Assembly (NCBI GenBank): GCA_964016885.1
Contig: OZ024741.1
Location: 136,400,001-136,464,000, forward strand
DNA length: 64,000 nt
Direction: 5' to 3'
Source: Eledone cirrhosa
Lineage: Eukaryota
Below are positions 41,689 through 55,680 of the stretch, in pieces. Both the position numbers and the translations under genes were made by a program. The first letter of the stretch is position 1. Each line of letters opens with the position of its first letter. Below the pieces are notes generated by a model that had not been told where the DNA came from, searched no databases, and saw nothing but the letters and a program-made list of their open reading frames with translations.

Positions 41689-41695
41689 ATATACA

Positions 41696-41760
<65 letters not shown>

Positions 41761-41783
41761 TATATATACATTATTATATATAT

Positions 41784-41815
<32 letters not shown>

Positions 41816-41879
41816 ATATACATATATATTATATATATATATATATATATAATATATATATATATATATTATATATATA

Positions 41880-41932
<53 letters not shown>

Positions 41933-41952
41933 TATATATATATTATATATAT

Positions 41953-41986
<34 letters not shown>

Positions 41987-42003
41987 ATATATATTATATA
42001 TAT

Positions 42004-42035
<32 letters not shown>

Positions 42036-42050
42036 ATATATATAATAATG

Positions 42051-42094
<44 letters not shown>

Positions 42095-42199
42095 ATATAT
42101 ATAATAATGTATATATTATAATATATTATATAATATATATATATATATATTATATATATATATTATATATATATATAATTATATATATTATATATATAT

Positions 42200-42234
<35 letters not shown>

Positions 42235-42316
42235 ATATATATATTATACATATATATATATTATATATATATTATATATATATATATATTATATATATAA
42301 TTATATATATATATAT

Positions 42317-42396
<80 letters not shown>
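41313..42396. repeat. complex (TA)n array
   Basis: Directly visible. Confidence 0.95.
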
Positions 42397-42399
<3 letters not shown>

Positions 42400-42414
42400 G
42401 AGGTGAGTTTTATT

Positions 42415-42614
42415 NNNNNNNNNNNNNNNNNNNNNNNNNNNNNNNNNNNNNNNNNNNNNNNNNNNNNNNNNNNNNNNNNNNNNNNNNNNNNNNNNNNNNN
42501 NNNNNNNNNNNNNNNNNNNNNNNNNNNNNNNNNNNNNNNNNNNNNNNNNNNNNNNNNNNNNNNNNNNNNNNNNNNNNNNNNNNNNNNNNNNNNNNNNNNN
42601 NNNNNNNNNNNNNN
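42415..42614. other. assembly gap (200 N)
   Basis: Run of N next to a long (TA)n tract. Confidence 1.
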
Positions 42615-43710
42615 TGAAATCTAAGGATATCCTATTAAATAAACGACAGGAATTAATTATATCATGTAATCATAAACTGAGAAAAACTTTTAAATATTAT
42701 AAACCTAATTAATATACACTTTACAAATTATTATAATAATTTTTTTTTTTTTTTTTAAATTAGTTAACCTATAATTAATATTCTACTACTAATGAACTGC
42801 ATAATTTTATTTCCCTTTTACAGCTATCTTTTCCTAAAATTTATACCAATAAGTATACATATAAACTTAATTTTAATTTCAGGTTATGATTCTATGTTCC
42901 TTATAATCTATATAAATTTGTTATTTCTCACTAATAAATTTACCCCCCCCCCCCCACCAATAATTATTATTATTATTATTTTTTTATTTTCCCTTTGTTT
43001 TTAACAGCACTCTTCAATTACATCATACTCTTATTTATCATATCTATATGAATTAATATAAATGTTATCAATATAAATATACCTATCAATTTAATTAATT
43101 TATTTTCTTTTTATAGATGTAAATTCCCTATATTTTGAATAAGATTGATATTTTTCACTAACACATTTATCGTAAAATTTTATTCTCCTTAGATATTTAC
43201 ATTAGCATTATTCTTTTATAACATCAATTCTTCGTGTACCTTTTACCGACTTGACCTATTTTCATCTCTAAAATAATCTTTTCATTCATCATACTCTTTC
43301 CATTCAAAACTGAAATCTGCTTTCCTCTACCCCTAAATTAAAGTTCTATTACTACTATTCTACCATCTTGACCACTCACTACCTTTCTATTGGTCAATTC
43401 AAAACCTGTTCCCAAACAGACCTATTATATTAAATCTTTTCAATAAACAAATATCATTATTTCTGAAGACAGCATATATATGTGTAGGTATGTATATTCC
43501 CTCTGATAGTTTGTAAAAATTTTACATAGATCTATATGATATACATACCAACACAAATATATATATCCTAGAAACGATCGTAAAATGAGGAATTTTTTAA
43601 TATAAGGAACTGTTTCTTTGTTTTTATTCATTATTTTTATTAATTTATATATTTATATATATATATATATATTTATATATACATATATATATATATATAT
43701 ATTTATATAT

Positions 43711-44235
43711 TTATTCAGGTTTGAGGTTCACCACTGTATAGAGCTGGTCTATTCCGTATGGTCAATCGTAATGCAATAATATAGAGAGTACTCAACGTAA
43801 AGCAGTTCAACCGTCTTTGTTTTTGTAGTTGGTGGTGCTATTACGGAGTTAAATATTATAATGAAATGACAGGAGGCTGGATTTGTGTAAATCCTTGAAA
43901 GGTTTATTATACTATGATCATTTCAATGACCGGGTTCCGTATGAATCCGGTGATATCATCAGGTATTCGAAATATAATACGTGAATGTAATAGGTAAAAT
44001 CCATGGGGCTGAAAAACGAGACCCGAGGGCGACCGCTATTCTGTTCCTTCAACCTCAGCCGGGTCTCGTTTTTCAGCCCCATGGATTTTACCTATTACAT
44101 TCACGTATTATATTTCGAATACCTGATGATATCACCGGATTCATACGGAACCCGGTCATTGAAATGATCATAGTATAATAAACCTTTCAAGGATTTAAAC
44201 AAATCCAGCCTCCTGTCATTTCATTATAATATTTA
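43711..44235. mobile_element. fold-back pLTR element (family F) in (TA)n
   Basis: Arms 43850-44025 and 44060-44235 (one visible mismatch), 34-nt loop; tail 43711-43849 containing AGTACTCAA. Confidence 0.92.
44119..44176 (+). ncRNA. minimal hammerhead ribozyme, intact core (mirror at 43909-43966)
   Basis: ATAC-CTGATGA-T-ATCACCGG...CCGGTCAT-T-GAAA-TGATCA-TA-GTAT-AATAAA. Confidence 0.85.
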
Positions 44236-44267
44236 TATATTTATATATATATTTATATATATATATA

Positions 44268-45140
44268 GCTGTGTAGTTGCTATTTAAGGTAACTTAAAAT
44301 GCAGTGGGAATATGAAGAAAGCAAGAACGGGAGGGGGCTTTCCTCATCAGTTGTCTACTGGGGGGGGGTCTACGATATTTCTACGCTTTAAAGACAATAT
44401 ATCTCGCCCCAGGGCGTTAATAACTGGATAAGTTATTGGGAAAACGGAGGGGGAGGGAAGGAAAGCAAAAGGGAAGAAAAAAGAAAACAGTGAAAAAACA
44501 GCGAAAAAAGCAACAAACCGAGCAATGTGCGAGCTACTTAAGGTAAAGAAATCCAAGACCACTCGATAAGAGAACTTAAGTTCAAGACTGAGTGGTCGAG
44601 AGAAAAAAGATACACGTCCGTTCGCCGCAGTTGTAAGTGAGAAGAGACCTGCTAAACGGTCAGGCGAGGGGGTGAAAGTGAAAGGGAGAAAGGGAGAGGA
44701 AGAAAGTGGAATAAGAGTAGATAGAGAGAAAGGGAATGGAGGAAAGAGGGGTGCGAGTAGAAAGTAGCGAAATAGGTAGGTAGAAGGGGGAGAAGAATGG
44801 TCACAGCGAAAACATGATGAAATATAAGGAGATTGTTGATTTTTTTTGTCGCTGTTTTTTCACTGTTTTCTCTTTTCTTCCCTTTTGCTTTCCTTCCCTC
44901 CATCCTCCGTTTTCCCAATAACTTATCAAGTTATTGACTCACTGGGGCGAGATATATAGTCTTTAAAGCGTAGAAATATCCGAGACCCCCAGTAGACAAC
45001 TGATGAGGAAAACTCCCCCCCGTTCTTGCTTTCTTCGTATTCTCATTGCATTTTAAGTTACCTTAAATAGCAACTCGAAATAGCAACTTAAATAGTAAGT
45101 CGAAACGGCTTGAGCTCTGCCGTGGAGGTGAAACATTTTC
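44268..45140. mobile_element. fold-back PLE-type UTR/pLTR remnant in (TA)n
   Basis: Arms ~44277-44517 and ~44833-45075; purine-rich spacer; 45100-45130 matches the 3' half of the PLE1 hammerhead. Confidence 0.75.
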
Positions 45141-45247
45141 ATATATATTTATATATACATACATATGTAAATATAGTATATATAATATATAAATGCAGCT
45201 ATATTATACATATATGTTTGTATATATATATAGAGAGAGAGAGAAAT

Positions 45248-45379
45248 GTGAGAAAAACCACAGACCCTCCATCTCAACTCTACTTTTGAAAAGCAGAAGA
45301 ACTGCGAAACAGGTAAAGGAACCAAATAAATATATATATTTTTTTTAAATAAGACTCCAGTTGCATTTTCGATTTCATC

Positions 45380-45387
<8 letters not shown>
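45248..45387 (+). mobile_element. family B pLTR, single arm
   Basis: Near-identical to 4012-4159. Confidence 0.9.
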
Positions 45388-45440
<53 letters not shown>

Positions 45441-45497
45441 TGATTTAAAACTGCACTATCCACAAGTGTTTTTTAACCTTCAAATCATGTCTTCCTG

Positions 45498-45564
45498 TTT
45501 TATCTGATGAAAACACAAATATTATTGCATGATGATATTTGTTTTTGAAATGCGCATAATAAAA
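45498..45564 (+). ncRNA. minimal hammerhead ribozyme, intact core
   Basis: TTTTAT-CTGATGA-AAACACAAATATTATT GCAT GATGATATTTGTTTTT-GAAA-TGCGCA-TA-ATAAAA, inside an island at 45440-45598 between microsatellites. Confidence 0.85.
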
Positions 45565-45596
45565 TACATAGAACTCTTTTAACCATCTTTTGTTCT

Positions 45597-45652
<56 letters not shown>

Positions 45653-45771
45653 GTAAATATAGTATATATAATATATAAATGCAGCTATATTATACATATA
45701 TGTATATATATATATGTACATATATATACATATATGTATATATATGTATATATATATATATATATGTGTGT

Positions 45772-45831
<60 letters not shown>

Positions 45832-46208
45832 CTGCGCGCGCGCATTTTACATTTTATATAGAGAGGAAAAAAAGGGAGGTAAATAAGAAATATAATATAG
45901 AGGAAATATAAATAGACAGGCAGACAAACAGGCAAACAAATAGTCAGTCAGATCAAAAGAAGCTTTGCCTCCTTGCCAGCGCACCTTGGCAACGCTTATA
46001 AAACAGAATCCTGTGTAGAAAACCATGTAAAGGACAGATATGTGCTATTCCTGTTACTATTGTTCTCCTTACATTGAAATAGATGTTTTCGTCATATCGA
46101 ACTCTGTACAACTAAGGAAGTGTATGTATCTCCTGTATATATATTCCCGACTATAAAATGCAGTGAACTTTAGGAATGGATCCATATGTATTTCGAATTC
46201 CTTATCTA

Positions 46209-47353
46209 ATAATTGTTTCTACTTTAGTCACAAGGCCAGCAATTACCCAGTGCATTACTGGTACTTTATTTTATCGACCCCGAAAGGATGAAAGGCAAAG
46301 TCAACCTCGGCTCACATCGTAATGCGCCATAACTCTATGCTGCAAAGCATGGTGTCCGACGCTCTACTGATTCAGGCATAAGTTCAACGCTTTAGAGGAA
46401 AGGAGAAAGTCGATTATATCTACCACAGTACATAACTGGTATTTTATTTTATCCAGCCCAAAAAGATGAAATGCAAAGATGACCTCAGCGGGATTTAACC
46501 TCAACATGTAGAGAGATGTAACTAAATAACACAAAACATTTTATCCGACGCTCTACCAATTCACCGTCCTTCATCCGTTCATAACAAAACGATTTGTAAC
46601 TTATATAACTGGGGGCGGTGAATAAATCGACCCCAGTACTTGCCTGGTACTTTTATTTTATTGACCTCGGGGAAATGAAAAGCAAAGTTGGCCACAGGGA
46701 AATGTGAAATAGAGCGCAGTGAGCCGGAATATACAAAATGGTAATTTCACCCGACACTCTAATGGTCCTGCCCTGCCACCCGTCATTCGTTCCTCTAATA
46801 ATTGTTTCTACTTTTGGGCACAAGGCCAGCAATTACCCAGTGCATTACTGGTACTTTATTTTATCGACCCCATAAGGATGAAAGGCAAAGTTAACCTCGG
46901 CGGGATTTGAACTCAGAATGGCAAGGGCCGTATCTCTATGCGTCAAAGCATGGTGTCCGACCCTCTACCGATACTGCCAATCCACCTCCTCTAATAATCG
47001 ATTCTTATATAGGCACAAGGGCAGCAATTTTGGGGGAGGGGAAAGTCGATTAAATCGACTCGAGTACGTTACTGGTGCTTTATCTCATCGACCCCCGTAC
47101 GGATGAAAGGCAAAGTTAACCTCGGTGGGATTTGAACTCAGACCGTAAAAAACCGTAACTCTATGCTGCAAAGCATGGTGTCCAGCTCTACCGATACTGC
47201 CAATCCACCGCCCTATTCGTTCCTTTAATAATGATTTCGAAAGGTTAAAAAGTAAAGTTGGCTTCGGTGAAATTTGAAATCAGAGAGCAAAGAGCCGGAA
47301 CGAATAACACCAGGCATTTTATTCGACGTTCTAATGATTCTGCCAATTCACCG
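46209..47353 (-). mobile_element. head-to-tail cluster of about six SINE family A copies
   Basis: Repeated GGATGAAAGGCAAAGTTAACCTCGGCGGGATTTGAACTCAG variants, all on minus. Confidence 0.9.
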
Positions 47354-47550
47354 TATATGTTATCCCGGCTAGGTATCCAGAAATAATTGCTATTTTTATC
47401 ATGTCTCTATGTATCGTCAGCTATATTTACTTATCTCGATGAAACACGTATCATATTAATTTTTCCATCATCTAAATTAAAATATAGTACGTGAATATAC
47501 CCCATCTCTTTCTCCGTCCTTCTACTCTCTCTCTCTATATATATATATAT

Positions 47551-47662
<112 letters not shown>

Positions 47663-50600
47663 CGTGTAACTATTTATATTGTCTGGCATATGATATATGA
47701 TAAGTGGTATGTGTGTGTGTGTGCGCGCATCGTGTATGTGTATTGTTTTCGTCTTTAAAAAGGGCGTTTCAAATATACTTACTTGATTTTCTATTGAAAT
47801 CTCTTGGATATTTTGTTAATAAAGTCAAGCTAATTTGATCCTCAACATCGTTGTGAAGTATTTGTATGTCTTTTGTAAACGATCATATAACCAGTATGTT
47901 GATTTTGTTTGATGTACCATTCTTTCTCTACTATATTTTTTATTGAGTTTTAGCTTTGACGCAGGGTAATGAACTGTGTTTTAGACAAGTCTAGTTTAAC
48001 GAACAGTCTCCATTATATTTCTGCTGTGTCACATTTCGGTACTTTGCCTCCTGCAGTTATGAGAGACAAAGATCAACCCATGAAAGGCGAGGTATATTGG
48101 GCCTCCGTTGGTTCCGATGACGAGTATTCTAGTTTTTCGGTCGAATTAACGGGAAATTAACGTGCAAGTGACTAATGATTCCACAGACACGTGTATCCTG
48201 ATTAGTTCTCAGGGTTATCTCGCAGGGCTGTATATGTCGCGAAACTAGTGCTTTGAATTATAGCAACAATCCATCCTACAGGCTTCCAATAATTTTCCGT
48301 CAGCCCAAATTACCTCTCAAATTTTGGGCCGATCCAAGGCTGTGTTAAATATTATTTTCCACGTACTAAGATCTATCCTGGGTTCTAATAATTGGAAAGT
48401 GGACTCCATACCCATGCTGGCTTGTCTTTACCTGTATATTAAGAAAAGAATTCGAACCAGTTGATACCAACCGACTTGAGGGTGCTCCGGGCTTCATAAT
48501 ACAAAATATTTTAGTATTCTAATATATATCTATTAACCTTCCATCATAATTCTGTATAAGAACATTTGTTAAGTTATGTCCCAACTTTCCGCTTAATAAT
48601 GAAAAAGCTAGATATTTTACTAAGTCCCACTAAATTCTCAATTATTGAAAGAGTGAGGCAATGTATATAATGACAAATATGACTGCAAAAGGGTTAACAA
48701 TGCATTTTCAATTGGAAAGCTTTAATTTTACCCGCAGGATAAAAGAATTGTTGAAACTGTTGATTTTGTTCTTGCATTTGAATTGACTACCACCGTTTTA
48801 ATTTATCTTGTTCTGTACCTGGGTAGTTTTATCGGTAGATTTAAATTACCTGTCACTGTTCAGGTCTGCTTAGACGACGGAAATGGAATTGAGGCTTGAA
48901 AACGGGATAGAACATTCAAATATTATGTTTTGATTGACTGAATACAGTCAATCATCATTTATCTGTGGGTTGTGATGGTGACTAGTGCAGTCTTGGCGGG
49001 AAAGTGTGTATTCTACTAATTCGATAAAGAGTGGTGGAGGTGGGGGAATGAAAGAAGAAGGAATGAATATTTCTTGGGAAAATTCTCTGAATTATCAAAT
49101 ATATTAATACAATAACAATACACAAACCAGAGAAAGAGCGAAATAAATAGCAAGCAAGAACGAGAAGAGTGATTAAACCACAGTATTGAACAAAAGGTTA
49201 GATTAGTGGTTCCTTAAGAAATACTGTCTCTGAAGATATGTTAATATAGAAGTCTAATCTGTACCTGTATTTTATATTTATTTACATGTGTATTTATTTT
49301 GTAAGCTATATTCTTTATTATTTTAGCAATATTTACTCAGTTTTATTCTTCAAAATGTCATCATTATACATGGTGAGAGATTATAAGTAAAATAGTCTTT
49401 TGTATGGCATTATATATTCAAGCAACGTCGCCGATTAGAGTATACATTTCTAAAGTATAATACGCATAAAGTATATCATATGATATAACATATTGAAGAT
49501 TGCAATATATTTTTGGATGATAGCATCATGCCTTTTGTAATGGAGTTAGACATATTTGAGTGTATGTTAATGCTTGGTAATTAATGAAAGTCTAAATCTA
49601 TCCTGAAAAGATTTCCAACTCAGGAAATAAATCTATTCAACCGGAATATACTCCCACGTGTAACGGATGATGCTTAACGTCTCTTGGAAGAGCCACGCCA
49701 CGAATACTTGATGATGGTCTGCCAATGTCAACTGAAGAGGTATCTCAAGGAAGAGTGTAATTGAAATATCACTGCGGGAAACATCCTGAAGAATATGCTC
49801 CAAATCTAGTAATATGACAGTTAATACATGAGCGAATTAACCATCAATCGTAACAAATCTCTACTTTATGGGCGTACCTGAAAAAGATACAGATCCGAAT
49901 ATTGTATCGAAAATAAGAGCATTAATAGCGGAGTGATATATTTGGCATGAATTTGTTTCAATAGGAATATCTATTGAGATGAGAGATGTAATATATATAA
50001 CTTCTAAATATCTTAGAGTATTTAAATTTTATCATTGTTTTGTGTACCATTTTTACAGTTACAAATTTTGTCCATAAAATTAAAATTGGCTCAAAAGTCG
50101 GATTTCGTTAAGATGCCGATTAAGGTGGATCCTTTCTTTGATTTTGTTTTGTTTTTATAATTCTAATATCTTTAAGAATCTTTGATCTGTCGTTGTGTTT
50201 ACTCTCGCTATATCTTTTATATTTAATATATTTTACCATTTTATATTGTATTACTGCAATATAATTACCATACATCATGATGAATATTTATGCATTGGTA
50301 TTATATGCACTACGAAGAGATTGTCTTTCTATTCTTTTTCAAAACATTGAATAAAGGTCAGTTTAGAAACCCCCATAAGAAACTAACACATCTACTTATT
50401 AAATACAAACAAACGTCCAGTTAATCTGCACTAACAGCTTTCTATTGTTCACATTCTCTAAATTGTTTCCTCTCTCAAATTTCTCTGAACTACACTCACT
50501 TCATTGATTACTTCTTTTCCTGCATTAAATCAGGTTTTCTCATCAACTAATGACATCTTAGGAATGTCTATCTACACTTACGAATTAAAATATTAACGTT

Positions 50601-51159
50601 CTTTGACCATTTATAATCTACATCCGCAAGTTAATGTTTTCCAACCAAACACACACGTTCGTATCTCACCCTCTCAAATCATTCCACTTGTATATTTCCA
50701 ACCGTACTAAGCAGTATTCCCCGTCGAACAGCTTTTTATGAGATCTATCTGATATCAATTACTCACGTATTATTAACTCTTTCGTTATCATACTTCTAAT
50801 GAAGGACACTGCCAATGATTTTCAAAGAAATTAAAAAGTAATCAAGAATTCTAAATTTCTCGTAGTAAAGTTGGTGTTTGCAATATAATTTAACAAAGAT
50901 TTTTACATAATATTGTAACATGTTTTTATATGAATATAAACACTTGAATTCTTGCGTTACCATATTTATAATGTCGCTGCGAATGTTTTCAAATAAATTT
51001 GGAAATAATCAAGAATTTGTAGGAATTTAGTAACACAACTAACTTTCTCGTGAATAAATTGGTGTTTGGATAATAATTTAATAAGGTTTCTTACAAAATA
51101 TTATAATGGATGCTTTAAGATATATAAAAACACTACTAAACATTCTGTATTATCCTTTC

Positions 51160-51346
51160 GGTGGATTGGCAATAACGGTAGAGGGTCGGATGCCATGTTT
51201 TGACGTATAAAGTTACGGCCCTTGCCATTCTGAGTTCAAATCCCGCCGAGGTTAACTTTGCCTTTCATCCTTATGGGGTTGATAAAATAAAGTACCAGTA
51301 ATACACTGGGTAATTGCTGGCCTTGTGCCAAAACTAGAAACAATTA
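51160..51346 (+). mobile_element. SINE family A, full length
   Basis: GGTGGATTGGCA..CGGTAGAG head through AGAAACAATTA tail. Confidence 0.92.
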
Positions 51347-51476
51347 TCCTTTAGTATTTTTTTCTTTTATTTGTTTCAATCTGAAGAAGGAATTTAGTCG
51401 ATCATCTTGACTCTAGTAATTTATTTTGTGTGGGTCGAGCACTTATGTTATCTATCTATTATTATTTCGTGAAGCA

Positions 51477-51657
51477 GGGCGGTAGATTAGCAGTATCGGT
51501 AAAACGTTGGACGTCATGCTTTGCAGCATAGAGCTACGGCCCTTTATGATCTGAGTTCAAATTCCGCCGCGGTTAACTTTGCCTTTCATCCTTATGGAGC
51601 CGATAAAATCAAGTACCAGTAATGCACTGGGATAATTGCTGGCCTTGTGCCAAAAGG
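51477..51657 (+). mobile_element. SINE family A, full length
   Basis: GGCGGTAGATTAGCAGTATCGG head, B-box, core and tail. Confidence 0.9.
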
Positions 51658-51659
51658 GA

Positions 51660-51950
51660 GTTATTGCTAACCTGTTACTGCAATCCTTATGCTATTTCTA
51701 AGCTGTTCTAACAATCCTTATGTTATTAGTAACGTTACCTTATTGCTAACCCTTAATTTTATAAAGCCCTGCATTAATCTCATTCATCCACTCCCCTCCA
51801 CTCCAGCCCCTCTCTTCATCCTCTCTGAATCATTCTCATCAGAAAATCAAATGATTGTTAATCTCTATACTGAATGAACACAACGTGAGGTTTGACATGA
51901 CATGTTCAACAGTCACTTGTAATATTACAAATGTGCATAATTCACCTTTA
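51660..51950 (+). mobile_element. dispersed repeat with a short 31-bp array
   Basis: Same repeat unit and same unique 3' flank as 58440-59487. Confidence 0.7.
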
Positions 51951-52064
51951 CAGTATAGAGGCAGATATTCACATGGCAACATTATCACATTTAGACGATG
52001 GCTGGAGGTGAGCCTGCATTGGAGTTAATGTGCGTGTCTGTGAGTATTTATGATTGTGTGTGAT

Positions 52065-52192
<128 letters not shown>

Positions 52193-52644
52193 CGTGCGTA
52201 CGTGTATCTCTGCGTGTGTCTTCTGTGCAACGATGTATTTACGTGTATGTATGTGTATCAGTGTTTCTCACCGATTCTGTAACTGTGTGTAACTGTGTGT
52301 TTCCTTATGTATGCGTGCGTATCTGCACATGCACGTGTGTGTTTGTGTCTGTGTCTATCTCTCGAACTGTGTATATGTGAATGTATTTCTCTCTTCATGT
52401 ATTTGTGTAGGTTTATATTTCTCTTTCTCTTTATCTTTCTCTCTCTCCATGTTTATCTCTCTAACAGTGCGTGTGTATGTGCGGGTGTATGTGTGTGCCA
52501 GGATTGACTGGGATGGCAAATGCTGATGCTTTATGCACATTCATCGGTCCATTTATACTTTTAGATGAACATCGCTGGAGATTATCCATATGTCATAAGA
52601 GGTGGCAAAACAAATGCTATACCTATAGGCAGTGTGTGTGACCG

Positions 52645-52766
<122 letters not shown>

Positions 52767-53334
52767 ATTTCTGAGCAAAAATGATAGGTAACTAAAGTTG
52801 TTTGATTGATATAATTCTCATCATTTGCTATCCTATTCATTCATTACAAGGTACCTTGACAAAGTATATACAGCAAGAAATTGTTCTTCACTATAATGGT
52901 AGAAATAAAGATGCCGATCATCAGATCAAACAAAGGCAATAATGATTCGTTGGTCTGTTCATTACTGATACTATCTTCCACTCGCAACTCATGGCAGGAA
53001 AAAAAGGATCAGATCGTTAGATCGAAGAAAGGAAATAACCGTTCGATTAGTCGTTGTATTGCTGATATTATCTGTCTGTCTAAAATACCTGGAATATATT
53101 TCTTTAAAAACAAAAGAACCGATTGTTATATCAGATCAATGAAAGAATGTTTCAATTGATCTTTTCATTTGTCTTCCGGTCGAAACTCAGAACAACGTGA
53201 AAAATACTATTTGGCTCAAGAACACAACATGCCGCCCAATGCCAAACTCGAACTCAAGTCCTTATGAGTTGCGATGAAATTAGTGTCGACCACTTCTGTC
53301 ATGCTGTCACCTATAGTGTAATATTAAGCTATGA

Positions 53335-53480
53335 AGGCGCATGGCTCAGTAGTTAGGGTATTTGGGGCATTGAACAACACTTTATTTCAGATTGTTCCAG
53401 CTGGAGAAAATGAGTTATAGCGGTAATTTAAAGAACCATCAATCACAGAACCACGGAAAACTGCCATCCTATAATAAGTG
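53335..53480 (+). mobile_element. SINE family B, internally deleted
   Basis: AGGCGCATGGCTCAGTAGTTAGGGT...ACACTTTATTTCAGATTGTTCCAG. Confidence 0.6.
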
Positions 53481-53652
53481 CAGGGTGGAGAGAGCTTAAT
53501 ATTTATTAGTATGGTGATAACTCTCGACCTGTTTCGATATTAGTCGACCTCCATAGTACACTTAGAATTGTTCAAGTTGATTCGGTGTAAACAATCAAAA
53601 TAGTTTGTTTAATTAATTGTTTCACCAAAAAAAACATACAATGGATAATGTA

Positions 53653-53655
<3 letters not shown>

Positions 53656-53735
<80 letters not shown>
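53656..53735. repeat. (TG)n microsatellite
   Basis: Directly visible. Confidence 0.98.
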
Positions 53736-53736
<1 letters not shown>

Positions 53737-54223
53737 GTAAAACGCTCACGTCAACATTATGTTCGCAAACGTCTGGTACAATGCCCTCGCCAAGAACAGA
53801 AAAGAAGGGAGATAACTTTTAAAGAGCTCACGCATGCTGATTTCTATAGTCTCATGTACTGGAATGTTGCCTCTATTTTACCAACATTCCAGTGTATGAG
53901 TCATAGAGAACAGTACAAGGCATCATAGTAGGCAATCATCTTCTATGAACAGAATATTCATTTTACAATTGATAATTCAAATTGATAATTCAGATCGTTA
54001 ATTCAAATTGTTAATTCAAATGAACAATTTGGTTTGAGATAATATCAATATTTAGATACATCCTTAGATTAAATCTTGCTTTCTAAGAAATGCTGGCTAA
54101 ATTATATGGAAATAATAAACAAACAATATCAACTCGGAAGTAAATTATCTGAAGATTCAACTTTACATTAATAAACATGTATAACCATACATAAACACAC
54201 ACAAACACGAACACACGTATATG

Positions 54224-54268
<45 letters not shown>

Positions 54269-54572
54269 TAATAAATATTTAATTACCAACATATTCATTC
54301 ACTCACGTGCACTACACATATGTATATCAATTACATACATTTCTATATATATATATATATATAGGTATGTAGTTGACAGACGAGAGATGAGTGTACTCAA
54401 TACCGAAGAAGAGTTTAAATATTCATTTATTATGGCTAGGTAGTGAGTCTTGTTACTCTGTAGTCTCGCCTGCACATTCGCAGGATCATATCATCTTGTT
54501 ATATATGATACTGGAGTCTAGCCTTCCTTAATACCTCTTTCACGTTTGTTCTCTTTCTTTATCTAATGATCC

Positions 54573-54589
54573 CTCTCTCTCTCTCTACC

Positions 54590-54651
<62 letters not shown>

Positions 54652-54660
54652 CTCTACCAC

Positions 54661-54737
<77 letters not shown>

Positions 54738-54890
54738 GTCTTTCTCTTTCTACTGCTCTCTCCCGCTCTCTTTATTTCTTTTCTATCTACCGGCTCTCTC
54801 CCTCTCTTTCTCTCTCTCTCTCTCTGTCGCCTTTCTTTCTACCATCACTTCTCTCTCTACTGCTCTCTCTCTATCTATCTCTCTCAATCA
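54573..54890. repeat. (CT)n microsatellite, imperfect
   Basis: Directly visible. Confidence 0.95.
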
Positions 54891-55574
54891 TTCTCTAGAA
54901 GAGATCTGCTGTGTTCAGGCCCTGACAGGGGTGGGCTCTGCCAGGTTTGAATGGTCAAGGCATGACAAATATCACGACGACATACCTTCTATTCCATCGT
55001 ATTCAAATGCCATCGAGGTCGCATTCGCATTTCATCCATTTGAGATCAATGAATACATTATTAGTCAAGTCTCTCCTCCCTCTTTCTCTCTCCTCTCTCG
55101 CGTTCTTACTCCCTATCCTTTCTTTCTCTCTTTCTCTCTTTCCGTTTCTCTTTCTCTCCGTCTCTCTCTCCCCCTCTCTCTCTCAGAATCGGCTACATTA
55201 AAGAGACTAGAAAATAATAGTTCACACCGCGGCCCCACAAATACTTTCACTATTACTCTGTGAATGTGCTAAGAAAGACAGAAATCGATGAATGTATTTA
55301 GGGAGTATATATGGAAGAAAAAGTGATACATAGAACGACTATCTTCTAAATGCAATGTTGTTGTTGTTGTCTGAGAAGAGCAGTGATCAAAACTCTTCCA
55401 GCGATGTGCCCCTTGTCTATCTCTTAAATATTGCGCATCTAGAATTATATTATCAAATGTATTATTTCCATTTAATCCCTCCTGAAACCACCCCTATTTA
55501 GATTTTATACAAAACTGTTTGTTTCAAAATGTTCATATTTAAAGATTCACCTTACATTATAATTTTATCTAAGA

Positions 55575-55680
55575 ATCCCGCCGAGGTTGACTTTGCCTTT
55601 CATCCTTATGGGGTCGATAAAATAAAGTACCAGTAATGCACTGGGTAATTGCTGGCCTTGTGCCTAAAGTAGAAACAATT
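55575..55680 (+). mobile_element. 5'-truncated SINE A with a ~20-bp target-site duplication
   Basis: ATAATTTTATCTAAGAATC is present both before (~55559) and after (~55681) the SINE. Confidence 0.9.

Noticed and set aside
44985-45085. CTGATGAG at ~45000 as a complete hammerhead
   Set aside because: I could not find consistent helices I, II and III around it.
49640-49782. Minus-strand 50-codon open frame after TTCTTCAG
   Set aside because: No convincing donor and no recognisable protein.
50772-51130. Possible TTAA/piggyBac-like MITE with an internal duplication
   Set aside because: Only one candidate terminus is visible, with no paired TIR or TSD.
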